A stretch of 64,000 nt of DNA. It comes from Catajapyx aquilonaris (taxonomy: Eukaryota). The notes under the pieces are model-generated. The model saw only the letters and a program-made list of their open reading frames with translations. It ran no database searches and was not told the DNA's origin. The DNA lies in assembly GCA_000934665.2 (NCBI GenBank), contig KZ538310.1, positions 1-64,000 of the forward strand, read 5' to 3'. How positions within the stretch are numbered: position 1 is the first letter of the stretch; each line of letters begins with the position of its first letter. This document shows positions 48,850 to 61,183 of this stretch, one piece after another. The translations under genes were made by a program, and so were the position numbers.

Positions 48850-51800
48850 TCACACATCTGCAGCTGGTTCACTTGGTGGACTGCACTTTGTCACCAATTC
48901 CCCATTTATTTGGGATGAATCTGCAGTATTAGTGTTACCAGATTCTGTCTCACTGTCACTCACCGTCAATCCTGAAGAACTTGATTGCTTTCGAAATCGC
49001 TTTAGAAGTGGTAGTATTAGAAGCATGAGCCCCGACAAACCGATGAACAAGCCAGCCAGGTAAAAGGAAAGACTGTAGGATCCTGTTATGTCATAAAGCC
49101 ACCCTGAAAACATGAAAGAGAGTATTCTAAGACTGGAGTGTGTAAGCAAAACAAGAAGATGAGTGCATGATCTCCTACAATCGAATTCTGGTAACACAGC
49201 AACATATACTCTACTTTCTCTGTGAATACACATGCTTCAAAACTGCTAGCGTGGTTAGTGTTACAACACCAAGCAAGTCATCTTACCAGCAAATGGAGGT
49301 CCCACCAAGTTTGCAACTCCTTGAACAAGCAGCAAAAGACCATATGCATTCGTAAATCGTTCAAGCGAAATCATTTCCACCAAAATTATAGATGACAGTG
49401 CATAGTTGGCAGAGATGAAGTATCCAAACCCGCCGCACACAAATGACAAGGAGCCGTAGGTAGTCAACAAGGGAATGATAACTGTGAAGCCTCCACAAAT
49501 TCCCATGCACAATCCATACACAAGGCCGGCATCAGCCCAGGGCTTGTCTCCAATGTAGCCAAGAATGATCTGCAAAAAGACAGTTATCCATTCCTTCAGT
49601 CATGTCAGAGGGAACACTTCCCAAACACTTCAGTTTCATCATAATTTTAATAACATGTTCCCACATCCTGATGCCACTAAAGAGACCTGGTCATGAAAGA
49701 CCTTTGGGAAACACACCATGTCAATTCAGTACTGTTTACAAGTCTTACCTCTCCAATCATGTTCAAGATTCCAATGATGCTAATCAGATATGAGCCATCC
49801 TCCTTATGACCCATCTCAATTGCATTGTCAGCCAGGTACACATATGGCACATCATACCAGGTGTAGAGCAAAAAGTTTGAAATGGTAAACAATAGGAAGT
49901 TTACATTGGAAAAATGGGAAAGATCCACCATGTCCACCAGAATAGCCTTCAGATCTTTTAGAAGTTCACAGCAGAACTGAAACAGGAAAAAAAACTCAAC
50001 AATAAAATTGCTCATTAAAACAATCATCACAAAGATCCTGAAACAAGTTCTTCAAGAATGTCATACAAGTGCTAACACAGTATGGTAACTAAAATATTTT
50101 TGAAATGTCTGTGCAGACACAAAAAAAACCTACCAATATCGAGAATTAAAACGTCAACTGCAAGATTTCTTTTCTTTGAAGTTTGAATACGGTTAGATAT
50201 GAAATTTGGAAAATCTGCCATGCACCAATAGAGAAGTTATTTGCACTATGTAAGCAACGGTTCATCCCATGTTAGACCCAGGCACCTGTGACATCAGTAG
50301 GTAATATTAACAAACACATCAATGCATTTTTGGCAAGTTTTTAATTCCATGAATTTCTGGGCCATTTACTGATGCAAATATGCTGCTTGAAGTGCAACAA
50401 ATACATGGAATGATTGGGTGGAATTTTTTGTCCCACTACTAGTTACTGCTAATGTTACTGCTAACTTAGCAGTACCAGTGTTGGTAATGGTACTTCTAAG
50501 TTAGCAGCAACTAGTAGTGGGACGAAAATTCCAACCATTGATTCTGGGTAGGAATTCACTATCTAGAGCAAAAAAGAGAGACATTTTAGGCAGCTAGGCT
50601 ATAACCCCATTGCATTAGTCAATAAAAGTTGCAACACCAATATATACATGCTATTATGACATTAAGTTGCACCCAAAACCAATCATTTTTTCTAAGGATT
50701 AATTAGGATACTCTTTCCTTTGCAAATAAAAGTAACTGGCCAGCTTTCTCCTTCAGTCACATTTACAGCATTTAAAACATTAAGAGATTTATAAATATCA
50801 CGTGAATCACACACATTAAGCAACTTACTCCTTCATCCTCCTTTGCTATAGCAGTAATTGAATTTCTGTATATATCAGGGCATGATGACGCTCTCAGTTG
50901 GTACCTGGGAATGTTCAGCATTGCTCCCCGATGTGTCAAGGAATGTCTGAAGAAGATAAGATATTTCAAGTACAGTACTATTAGAGTAAAATACCTGCAA
51001 CATGGTGGTACAGTACTGCACCATCACACCATACCTGTGCATTTTGAGATCCTTCAGGTAGGCAGCAGAAAACTTGCGAGAAAGCTGACGAGGTCGTTTA
51101 AGGGTTCCTGGATCACGGGGTATCTTATTTTCTGGTGTATTGACTGTCATCTCAATATTTCCCAGATTTTCAGCAGAGTTGGATGCTGCATTCTCCTTTT
51201 CACATTGCTCTTGTATGTCTTCTGGTACCTTCACTCTACCCTCACCTATTGGAGCACGCATTTCCTAAAACAAATTCACTGGTAAATCAGGAGAAGATGA
51301 CATGCCGGTTGGAAAATTTTACCTGATAAGAATACAGCTGCCCTTGGTCACTTAAACTTTTTGGAAACAGCAAGCTGGGATAGTTCTGCAAAATAATGTC
51401 ATATAGGCTCCTGTTGCTGCTCAGCACTTCTAACACTTCAATTGGTACAACTTCGCCATTCTTAATAAAAGTTGGAAGGCTTACTAATGAGCTATACAGC
51501 CTCGAGTTTGGCAAGTCACCTTGTGGGCTTTGTAATAAATCATCCACGTTTCCTGATTGCAAGACCTTTTTTAGTTCTTCCAGGTCAAGTGAAGGAAATG
51601 GTTGGCTCTTGACAGAAAAAGATTCAGATGACGTTGCAGTTCGTAGCGATTTTATGCTGCGGTGACGTTTTCGACGTGATCCTTCCAGGTCACGCATGAG
51701 TGCACCACACACAACCATGTTCAAGAAGCAGCCAGCCAGTATAATCATTGTTCCACGCCAACCGTATTCATCAAGAAGCAGCTGAATTATTGGAGCAAAT

Positions 51801-52930
51801 ATAAAGGTGCCGATACCACTACCGCACACTGACAGTCCAGTGGCAAAGGAGCGGCGCTTCTCAAAGTAATAGGCCACTATTACCACAGATGTGACACAGC
51901 ATAGAGACAGGCCAAATCCAGAAATCAGACCAAAAGTAACACACAACAGTATCAGTGAATCTGTGCAAGCGCTCAAAAGGAAACCCAGGGCAGCCAATAG
52001 TGATCCTACTATAGTAACTCTTCGGCACCCATACCGATCTGTAAGGCTGCTTGCAATGGGCCCTGACAGTAAAGGAATTGCCATAAAAAGGCTTCCAACC
52101 CAGGCAGTTTTCCCTTTGCCTTCTCCAAAGTAGTTTAAAAACTCCACATATATCACACCGAAGGAGAATGTGATTCCATCCGCAATAAGATTGATCATAA
52201 AAGAGGCGGCAACAACAACCCATCCCCATCCTCCATCCGGCGGCTGTATTTCCAAATGAAATGAAGATTCCTCATCAGAGCTGCTGCTATTACTGAAAGT
52301 GCCACTCTCTGTTCTGGAGCGCTGTGACTTTCTTGCACCAGGGCTCCAATCTGGGCTGGGGAGACCACTGCTTTTGTCTCCAAACTTGACATTTCCATTG
52401 GGCGAGGGAAAGCTTTTGAACCAAGTATTGCTAGGGGTAGAGCAGGCCACACGACCATCATGCAGCACAACAGTGTCTGACTTGCCACTTTGATCTTCAC
52501 AATCCTCCTCAAATTGCACCCGTAAGCTGCTTGGATGTACTCCAACTCCATTACAATTTCGTAAAGGCAAATAAGGATCATTCTTCCTGTTTCCCTTCTT
52601 GGTAGTTCTTTGAGCATGAGAGACTAAAGCATCTTCATCTTCCAAAGGCAAGTAACCATTGACATCCACATCTTGCAATAGTGGATAAGAAGCATCGGGG
52701 AGGGCTTCAGAACCTTCCCTGTCTGATATGGCTTCACCCGCATGTGCTGAAGAGTGCGTTGCTTCTTCAGCAGGAATGTGATCTTGATCCATAGGGAGGC
52801 TTGACAAACCGTTTTTTTGCAGATCTTGACGAGATGACACACTAGAATCAGGTCTATTTACAGACACTGGTAATAAAGAATTTGATTCATCCTTTTCACT
52901 TTGACAATCCATGTTAGTGTCCACTCCCAT
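48850..52930 (-). CDS. SLC16/monocarboxylate transporter family MFS protein (possibly chaski/CG3409-like), 6 coding exons, ~906 aa
   Basis: Exons 52930-51323, 51264-51035, 50946-50829, 49976-49749, 49569-49287, 49103-48850. SLC16 signatures PPDGGWGWVVVAASF, YFEKRRSFATGLSVCGSGIGT, YGWRG, loop motif RASSCPDIYRNS, and GPPFAGWLYDITGSY. The exon carrying the ATG starts at an acceptor at 53184, so 5' UTR exon(s) lie further right. Confidence 0.92.
50413..50539. repeat. Hairpin MITE-like inverted repeat in an MCT intron
   Basis: TGGAATTTT..GTCCCACTACTAGTT.CTGCTAA...TTAGCAGCAACTAGTAGTGGGACGAAAATTCCA. Confidence 0.7.
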
Positions 52931-53362
52931 TCAGAAAGATCACGTCTAAACTGAAACCTATAATGGCGTAACCAACAAAAACAGGGGCCAGTCTTAGCCA
53001 GAGCTAAACTGTGCACTACAGTCAATCGTGTTATAAAAAAAGCAAAGAGCCTCTGGCAAACACTACTGCTGATGTTCAAAATGTTGGAGCTGCTGGAGAA
53101 ACGAGGCAGCAAAAATCTGGGGCCCTTGGGGCAGGGCGGTGGAAACCACACGGCACGGAGGCCTGCCATGCAGGTTGACACAACCTGAGGATAATAAAAC
53201 ATCAATCAGTGTTGCATATTATAAATACTCTTCTGTGAATAAGTCAAAAACCACCTTGATTTTCTTCTTTTGGTTAATTCAAAACCAAGTGCCAACGTTA
53301 ATATTGGTTTTTCACACCATTACTAGCGATATGTTTAATTTTGCTTCTCTCTAAAGTAAATA

Positions 53363-53954
53363 TGAGGGCTGGAATTTTAATAGTAGGCTACCATAGCAAC
53401 ACATCTGTAGGTTAGCAGTCAATTACAGGAAGTTCTTACCACTTATGCCACAGATAGGTTGGCTCCTTATCTTACCTCGGGGTGGAATGGGATTGTCCCA
53501 CCAAGACATAGGCATGCACAGCAGGCCTAATGAGAAAAACATGAGATGTTGCAACTAGCTTGCCTCTTCAAAGTGTTTTCAAAATTGCAGCAGCAATGCT
53601 GCATAAAAATTGGAATTGTCAGAGGATGTACACATGACAGTGTCAACATGGACTTGCAGAGGCTGACTCAGGAATTGTCAACTGCTGATCCTTCTACATC
53701 AGTGTGTGGAAACAGTACTCACCTTTTCGTCAATTGCACTGGGACATCCTATTTCAAAAATATGAATAGATCTGCTGGTTGCAACATCTCAGGTTCTTAT
53801 CATTACTGGACATGCGTATGTCATGGTGGGATCATCCCATTCTGTCCTGCAGTAACATAAGGACCCAACTTATCTGTGATATCAGTGGTGTACACTTCCT
53901 CTATTTCACTGCTATCCTACAGATGTGTTGCCACTATTCAAATTCCAATCCTCG
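53363..53954 (+). mobile_element. Internally deleted mariner element
   Basis: TA-flanked imperfect TIRs (TGAGGGCTGGAATTTTAATAGT..CAACACATCTGTAG / CTACAGATGTGTTGCCACTATTCAAATTCCAATCCTCG). ORF 53546 contains FSKLQQQCCIKIGIVRG, resembling a decayed mariner N-terminus. Confidence 0.7.
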
Positions 53955-54447
53955 TATGACTCACTGAATCGAATGGAAATGGATACATACTGTAACATCA
54001 CTGGATCATCAGGTTAAATGCCAAGTACTATATTACCATGAAATAACAACAGTGCTTACAAATATTCTCATATTTTGTGTCCAGTGTCATCAGAAAACAT
54101 ACAATGTCAATTGCAGAGGAATTTATTACTGATCCACCTGGACACTAGCTATCAAATCTGCCAATTTTTAATTAGATACTTTCAGTGCTCATTTTTCGCC
54201 TAGTTCCACACCATCAATTCCATGCCCTTGGGAGCAGAGTTATAATCTGATTTCAATTGCTAGTTTGGAACACATTCGTCTGACACAGATGCAGAGATTA
54301 CTAGTTGATGCAGTTGAACAAGTATGCACCGACAACTGCTAATCTGCTCGAATGATGAAATGAGCCATCCATATTATCCAGTTTTCTGATAGCAGCAACA
54401 CACATATTGACTAGTCCCAAAATAAAGCTGCACAACTGCCAGCTTCA

Positions 54448-54453
54448 ATAATG

Positions 54454-54505
<52 letters not shown>
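54448..54505. repeat. (AAT)n microsatellite
   Basis: Read directly from the sequence. Confidence 0.95.
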
Positions 54506-54508
<3 letters not shown>

Positions 54509-57500
54509 CGCTTCTCATCAGCATGCAAGCACGACAAAGTCATTTAAGGCTCTATACAACATGCCATTTAAATGTCATTTCACATATCCCTAGGCACAAA
54601 TAGGCATGAGAAGTGACCATAGGTACAATAATGAGGTAATTACCAAGATAGTGGTGACAGATTAGTCACACTGGGAGATAAGGTAGTGGTCCTCCTAAGC
54701 ATATCATCATGAGAGAGAAGGGGGGGAAAAGAAACTGAAAATATCGCACGTCTTATCCTGCAAGAACCCTCCTGATGTAACCAGAAAGTACGCACATTCA
54801 TACTGTATGGCTCCATCCCAAAAGGTCTGCAAGAACGTTCAGTATAAAAACCCAAGTCATAACACACAACGTTTTATTCGACTATGACTAACATAAGATG
54901 TAGCAAAAAATTTCCAAAATGCTTGGTTTTGTGGGTGTAATAGACGTAAACTGCTATATCCACAGGTTTCTCGGAGAAACAATTTCGTCTCACAAAGTTG
55001 GGGGGGGGGNAGCAGGGTGTAAGTCGTGTTAGGCCAAGGACTTGAAAAGTGTCAAAGGGGGAAGTCACCAACCAAAATTACCGAATGACAGCCCGGCTGT
55101 TGAGTCGCACCACGTCAACATGATCGGCACCGCAATAAGTCACATTCCAACCTTATGCAAATAGCCCAGACTCGAAGCCGCAAACCGCTAAAACGCCGAC
55201 TATCCTAAAGCCCGTTCCAGCAAACACTTTCAAACCAAGTCACTAAATCGTCTGCAAACTTGGCAGAGCAGTACCGGAGCAAAACACAAACACTGCACAG
55301 TAGACTTGCGACGGGTGCAAACAAGTATGTATTGGCAACTGCAAAAAGGCGCGCTCGCCATGTACTGCCTGACTTCACCCACCATCCGACGAATACTAAC
55401 TCTCAAGGGCAGACCAGGGCTATGGGATCGGCGCCTGAGGCGATGTTCCAAGCATCTTTTCTCAACACACGGTATGACGCGCGAGAAATAGTTGACCGAC
55501 TTGGGATAGGAGGTCTCCTGATTCAAAAGTCGGCGCCAAAACGCGAATCCCCCTAGTGTTATCTCGCAGTCAACCTCTGTAGGGTTGTCGTACAGCGTGT
55601 CCCTAACTGTCACTGCTCCCATTCAAGAAACTTACGTTCCGCTTCCAACCTCGGTTTGTACCAGTGCATCATTCAAACCAGGTACGAGAGAAACATAAAA
55701 TCCCGACTGCCGACATCCTTAAAAGGGCAATTGCTGAGTAATGCATTGACGAGTAGGTCAATTCGACATTTCCCACCCCGCACGGACAAGAGCTGTCGAC
55801 ATGCACTTCCATTGTTCGAGAGGACAACTTGCTTAAACACGTCCCTCAACGTTCGATCATTAGTGTCTACACGCGGGAAGCTACTTGTCAAGCTAACAAT
55901 GATCGTCACTGTGGACTACCCGGACTCTCCTCATTTATTTTTGTACGCTTCCAAGAGCCTGAATTGTGGCCATTGCGCAACAGCCACAAAGACGCAATTT
56001 CATGGTGACACACGTGCCAAAAGCCAACACCATCCGAGCTTGGGGACGTACTTTTCATTGCCCTTTTTATTGCTATAACAGCTGCACCCCTGCGACATTT
56101 TGCATCAGACCTCCATATAATACACACCCGTGCAATTTTACCGTGGGGGAATGACATGCCATGGGCAAGGTTCTATGTATAGTTGGCGCACCCCCTGCAG
56201 ACAGCTGACTCGATCCCACACACGGTTCCATACGTCACGGGGCCTCACCCGGTGACAATGAATGCCCTTCGTGTGAGGTGACATTGAAAGCCACTGGCCC
56301 CTTTCTCCATCAATAATTTCTTGCTGGTCAATGGTCAGGCGACGTCATTTGGTATACCCCCCAATTCAGAGACAATAATATGCCGTGCAAGGAGGAAAAT
56401 CACAGGCATTTCCCAGCCAAAAGTGCGACTTTTCCTCCAGCATCGTGCAATCAACTGTGAGGGGTGTAACGAGTTCCATTAGAAATGTATAGGTGTTGGC
56501 GAGCCGAGACGTGAAGCAGAAAATCTTGATCCTATCAGCTCAATTGACGATGTTCAGTTCGTCGCATCCTATTTGTCAACCGTGTTGCTTAGTTGGCCTC
56601 GGCAAAATGGTCTGTGATTTACAAGTAGCTATAGGGCATGTTGTATCAGCTCAAATTAGTGAAAAAATTGCGACTATATCTATGGATAATTGGAGATTTC
56701 GCTTAATTTGCGTTCGTACTGTACAATTGTGTCTAAGCGTGTTCCGGAAATGTGACATTTTAATTTAATTGCACTACATTACCTGTAAATACCAATTTGG
56801 CTCAATATTCATCGAGCAAGTGCCATTGGCTTATTAACCACCCCTTTGTCCACAGCCTACTCCACGTACAGTACATTGTTTGACAAATTCACTTCCACCG
56901 GAAAATATACAAACAGTTTCAAACGGGTAGGAAAAAGAAATGTGCAAGTCGCTCGAAATAAACGACCTGGCAAGGATGCTGCACAGTTACGCGACTCAAT
57001 ACAAAAATACTTACATTTATTTTGTTTCAGCGAGTGGGATAAGAATTTGGAATGAAAGTGGCAGCAGCCTGACGTGCGCAATGAAAAAAAAAGTAGCAGG
57101 TGGAACCTATAACGAAATGGGAGACCAGGGAATTCCAATACTATGCTGTAAAAGCAAACCCGGCTAGGTGAAATGATCTGTTGGCTCCCATACGATCAAT
57201 CCGTCCGACCTACTCCAATTACCGTAAACGGGGCCTTTTCCCCAGCCGAGACCAGCTCTCTGTTAGACTTCATTATCCAAGTACACTGTGCCTTTTTATG
57301 CGGCTTCCCTTGCGATAACACAAGGGGAAAAATACCCCCAGAGAGGAAAGTAAGCTGCACTTTTTTCTCTTTCTAATTTCACTCAAGTTACGTTTCAAAT
57401 AGCTATAAAAGTGTGGGGGCTCGCGTTGTTTTCGTGCATGTGTATGCGAAAGCACTATCCACAATTATTATTTTACAGGATGTTCCTTTAGAGAATTTCC

Positions 57501-58176
57501 CTATTAATTATCATAGTTTTGGTACTAAACTGCTTTTTATTGCGGTTACTCTCCAATGGTTACTTTTAGAGGTGAAGAGTGCTACTTCTATATTAGCTTG
57601 AATGGAAGCACCATATCAGCCCGTGAAATTGTGTAAGGCACAATTAGGGAGGGGAAAGTATTTAAATTTAATTAAACACATCACAAATGTACCACCCTCG
57701 AGAGATATGTCAATCACCTTTTTCACCTTTTTCCTTTTTCATATATACCGGTACCTCATTGGCTCCTTCCAAAAGTAAGCACCGTAAAACTGGTTTGAAG
57801 GATTTTCCACAAAATTCAGTATAGTCACATGACAGCTACGATCTTTAGCTACCACCGCATACAAACCCCATGTCAATATAAACCATATTTGGAGCTGTGA
57901 TATATAACTATAATTTTTAACATCACTATAGATTACTTTCGCCGCCAACCCCTTTCACTCCCTATAGGTTTTCGAGTGACATAACTTTTCTAGGGTTGTC
58001 GAAAAAGGTGAAGGTCACTCGATGCAAGGTCTGGACCACGGTATTGACTATTTGGAAAAGGCTTAAAGACATCTCATTTGAATTGTTGGAGAGGACGTAC
58101 GAAATGCCTGAGTGCAAATAATGACAGTTCATAGGCAGACATTACTGAAAGTCTCGAACAGTTCAAGTGTGATATA

Positions 58177-58600
58177 CAGGGTGTATCTGAACTCAGTGCC
58201 CCGACGTATATGACTGCCTTCCTAGCCACCAGAGGATCGATTTAAGTATAGGAGTCATTATGTTTGGCCGCCGCATTACGGAGATAATTGGCCGCAAACA
58301 TGTAGTACAAAATATCCTGTCGGTTAGGCCACCCATCGAACCCTCCCCCAGTCAGAAGGCTCTGGAAGGTCTGGGGGCCGGACTTTGGTGGTTTGTTGCC
58401 CACAGGTGGTAAGGCCTCTTTGGCTAGTTACACCAGAAAATTCTATTTAATAGTCAGAAGGAGCGATTAGGCAAAAATCGCTAAAGAGTGTATCTCAGTA
58501 ATGAGGCTGACCAGACATATGACTCCTATACTTTAATCGATCCTCTGGTGTCTAGGAAGGCAGTCATATACGTCGGGGCACTGAGTTCAGATACACCCTG
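58177..58600. mobile_element. Tc1/mariner-type MITE, 424 bp, ~110-bp TIRs
   Basis: TA|CAGGGTGTATCTGAACTCAGTGCCCCGACGTATATGACTGCCTTCCTAG... with its exact reverse complement ending CACCCTG|TA. Confidence 0.9.
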
Positions 58601-58615
58601 TATATGGTATCTTAA

Positions 58616-59137
58616 GGGGGGTTCACACTAGCTGACGGGAGCATACGAAAAGAACGATCCGAAAGAGTGGACCAATCAGAGCCCACTTGAGGATGACGAA
58701 AAGTGAAAGGGATTACGAAACGGAAAAGACGGGAGAAATCAACTTTTGACGGACACGGAATACGGAATACGTAGGCTTACGGACCTATCCACCAATGGAA
58801 GAGCCAGGAAAGCGGCAGGGGTGTGGCGAGCGAAAGTGAAAGGGAAATCCGGCAGCGCCTCTGGCGAGGACAGGACGAAGGACATCAGTCGGGAGTCGAG
58901 ACCCAGGGGGAGCGGGCCTCGGGAGATGGGAGAAGAGAAGGGTATGATACCGGTCCGAAGAGAGGGAGAGCCCGAGGGAGATCCGGCTTCCTCCCCGAGA
59001 ATTCAAGCACAGCACATGCGCTGCGGGATACGGAGGCTAAAGCCACGCCACTCGCTTTTGTGTCTGAACACCTTTCCCCTCTTTCCGTTCGTTCCGTCAT
59101 ACCGTTCCGTTCGTTTCGTAGCTAGTGTGAACGCGCC
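58616..59137. mobile_element. PIF/Harbinger-type MITE
   Basis: TAA|GGGGGGTTCACACTAGCT ... AGCTAGTGTGAACGCGCC|TTA, with ACGGAA-like subterminal repeats. Confidence 0.8.
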
Positions 59138-60677
59138 TTAGACTCTTAGAGCACCCAGACTAACGTTTCGGACCTCGAATTACGTTACCGTCGCTTGTTA
59201 CGCCATCTCCAAAAAATCTTTGACAGATAAGAGCCTATGAAGTGACCAAGACGCCGAAGTAATAGGTTTGGCTGCTCGACATAGGATCACAAGTTCTCGT
59301 GCCAGAGTTTGAGAATTGCTTCGATCGATATGGAGTTTGTGTTCAGTGGTAGCTAAAGATATGCGCCATCATGTTGCTATGGCGATTTTTGGGGGGTAAT
59401 GCTTTTAAATTTTTTTATGGCCACACAGTAGGCCTACTCACTTTTGTAATGCGGTAATACCATTCCATTATATATACTCATTACGTATGACCCATTGGAA
59501 CCATTGGCTCGCGAGGTCAAGGGTTCAACCCTATTTCCAACCTCTCTGCATGGCCAACAAGGATTCCACACACACCATACTACAGTAAAACCTGCCTCTA
59601 ATGGACCCTGGATACATCGAAAACTCGCAAATTACAGAAGGTGTATAATGTGTTTCTGTCACATACAATCATGCATATACAGTACAATAGAAGCCTGCTG
59701 CTCATTGAGGAAAATTTTTTGCCGAACAGAGCGACTATTCTATAAAAAGCTTTCACTACATCTGACGCACCGGCAACATTCGCTGCCTCCAAAACTGCTG
59801 ATGGAGATAACTGTAGAATCAGCTTAGTGTCAAAGTTATGGTATACCTTAATAAGGCTATACGCTGTTGGAGCACCTCTGTACGCACTCTGGTGCCTATT
59901 CCATGCCCCGTAGACCGTAGTTACCTCCAGCTGCCATGGTCTTCGCCCCAAAGTGATTACTTAACGTCCACTGTTACAATATCGGCTAAACTAACTTTAC
60001 AGTCATGATATCATTTGTAACGAACTTTGAACACGATAGCTCTCCAGAGCGAACTGAACGCGGGCCCACAGCCACTATACCTTCCGTTGTCAAGCCCCCT
60101 TTCTAATTGCAGTTTTCGCCAGCCTGTTGAACAGTTAGCTATGCACAGCAAGTGTTTCGCTATTAGAGAGCTCTTCAAGCTATCCAGCCCGTGTGTGCTG
60201 AATGGCTTTCGACAGCCACCGCATCTCCATTGAACGGAGTAAACGGGGAAGGTGCAAAAAATAGCTCTTTCAGGATTTCACCAGTTGGCTTCGTATTGGG
60301 TGATGCACAAGGTGCACTTCACAAGATTTGTATTATACTGGTTGGCTTCAACTGATGGATTATTTATTACCTCGTAACAGTATACCAGCGTCAGGTGGGT
60401 ATAAGGTTGCGCTATAACCCTCTGTCGCAAATGCCTTAAATCTCACTATGGATAGTCTTAAGATATGTTGAACCCAGGGGTTCTGTACTCTGCTTATAGT
60501 ATATGATTATATTAATTTATTAATTATATTAATCAAATAAAAGTATAAAACTAAATAAGTGAAGCATATTATAGTATATTGAATTGTCCTCACCTCAAAC
60601 CCTAGCGGGTGGTAAAGGGGTAAGTAAATAAATAAAATAAATATTATATCGAATTAAACCTTATTTTAATAAATCCA

Positions 60678-61183
60678 AGACTCAATTAGGCAATCTTTGA
60701 TCATTAATTAATCAATAACCAATTCATCCAAAGGTACAGGGCGAAGTGCCCTTTGTTGTCGATGGATGGTTCTGTCATATGCCATGAAGGAGCTCAATGC
60801 TATGCGCATGCGCAGGAGAGGAAACATGGCCAGACTCAATTAGGCAGTTTTTGATTACATGTTATTTTTATTGATGAATGTTGATAATATTGAAAAGGGT
60901 TTACAAAAAGCGAATAACCCACACAAAAGTCATCGATTTTCAAGGTAGTGGTCGACCTGGGCACCCTCTGAGTCAACACAGGCTTGCAGATGCAAAGCAA
61001 CATTTTCACACGCCTTCCTGCACATGTCAACCGGGACATTGTTGAATTCCTGAACAATCGCTGGATGGCTTATGACAGAGCCATCCATCGACAACAAAAG
61101 GCACTTCGCCCTGTACCTTTGGATGAATTGGTTATTGATTAATTAATGATCAAAGATTGCCTAATTGAGTCTGGCCCACCCTG
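60678..61183 (-). mobile_element. Rearranged Tc1/mariner deletion derivative with a transposase C-terminal remnant
   Basis: TIR core AGACTCAATTAGGCA occurs three times (60678, ~60831, and inverted ending 61172, continuing GGCCCACCCTG|TA). Minus strand ~61061-60930 encodes AIVQEFNNVPVDMCRKACENVALHLQACVDSEGAQVDHYLENR*. Confidence 0.8.

Noticed and set aside
58746..59141. ORFs on both strands
   Set aside because: They are inside a GC-rich Harbinger-type MITE and carry no transposase motif.
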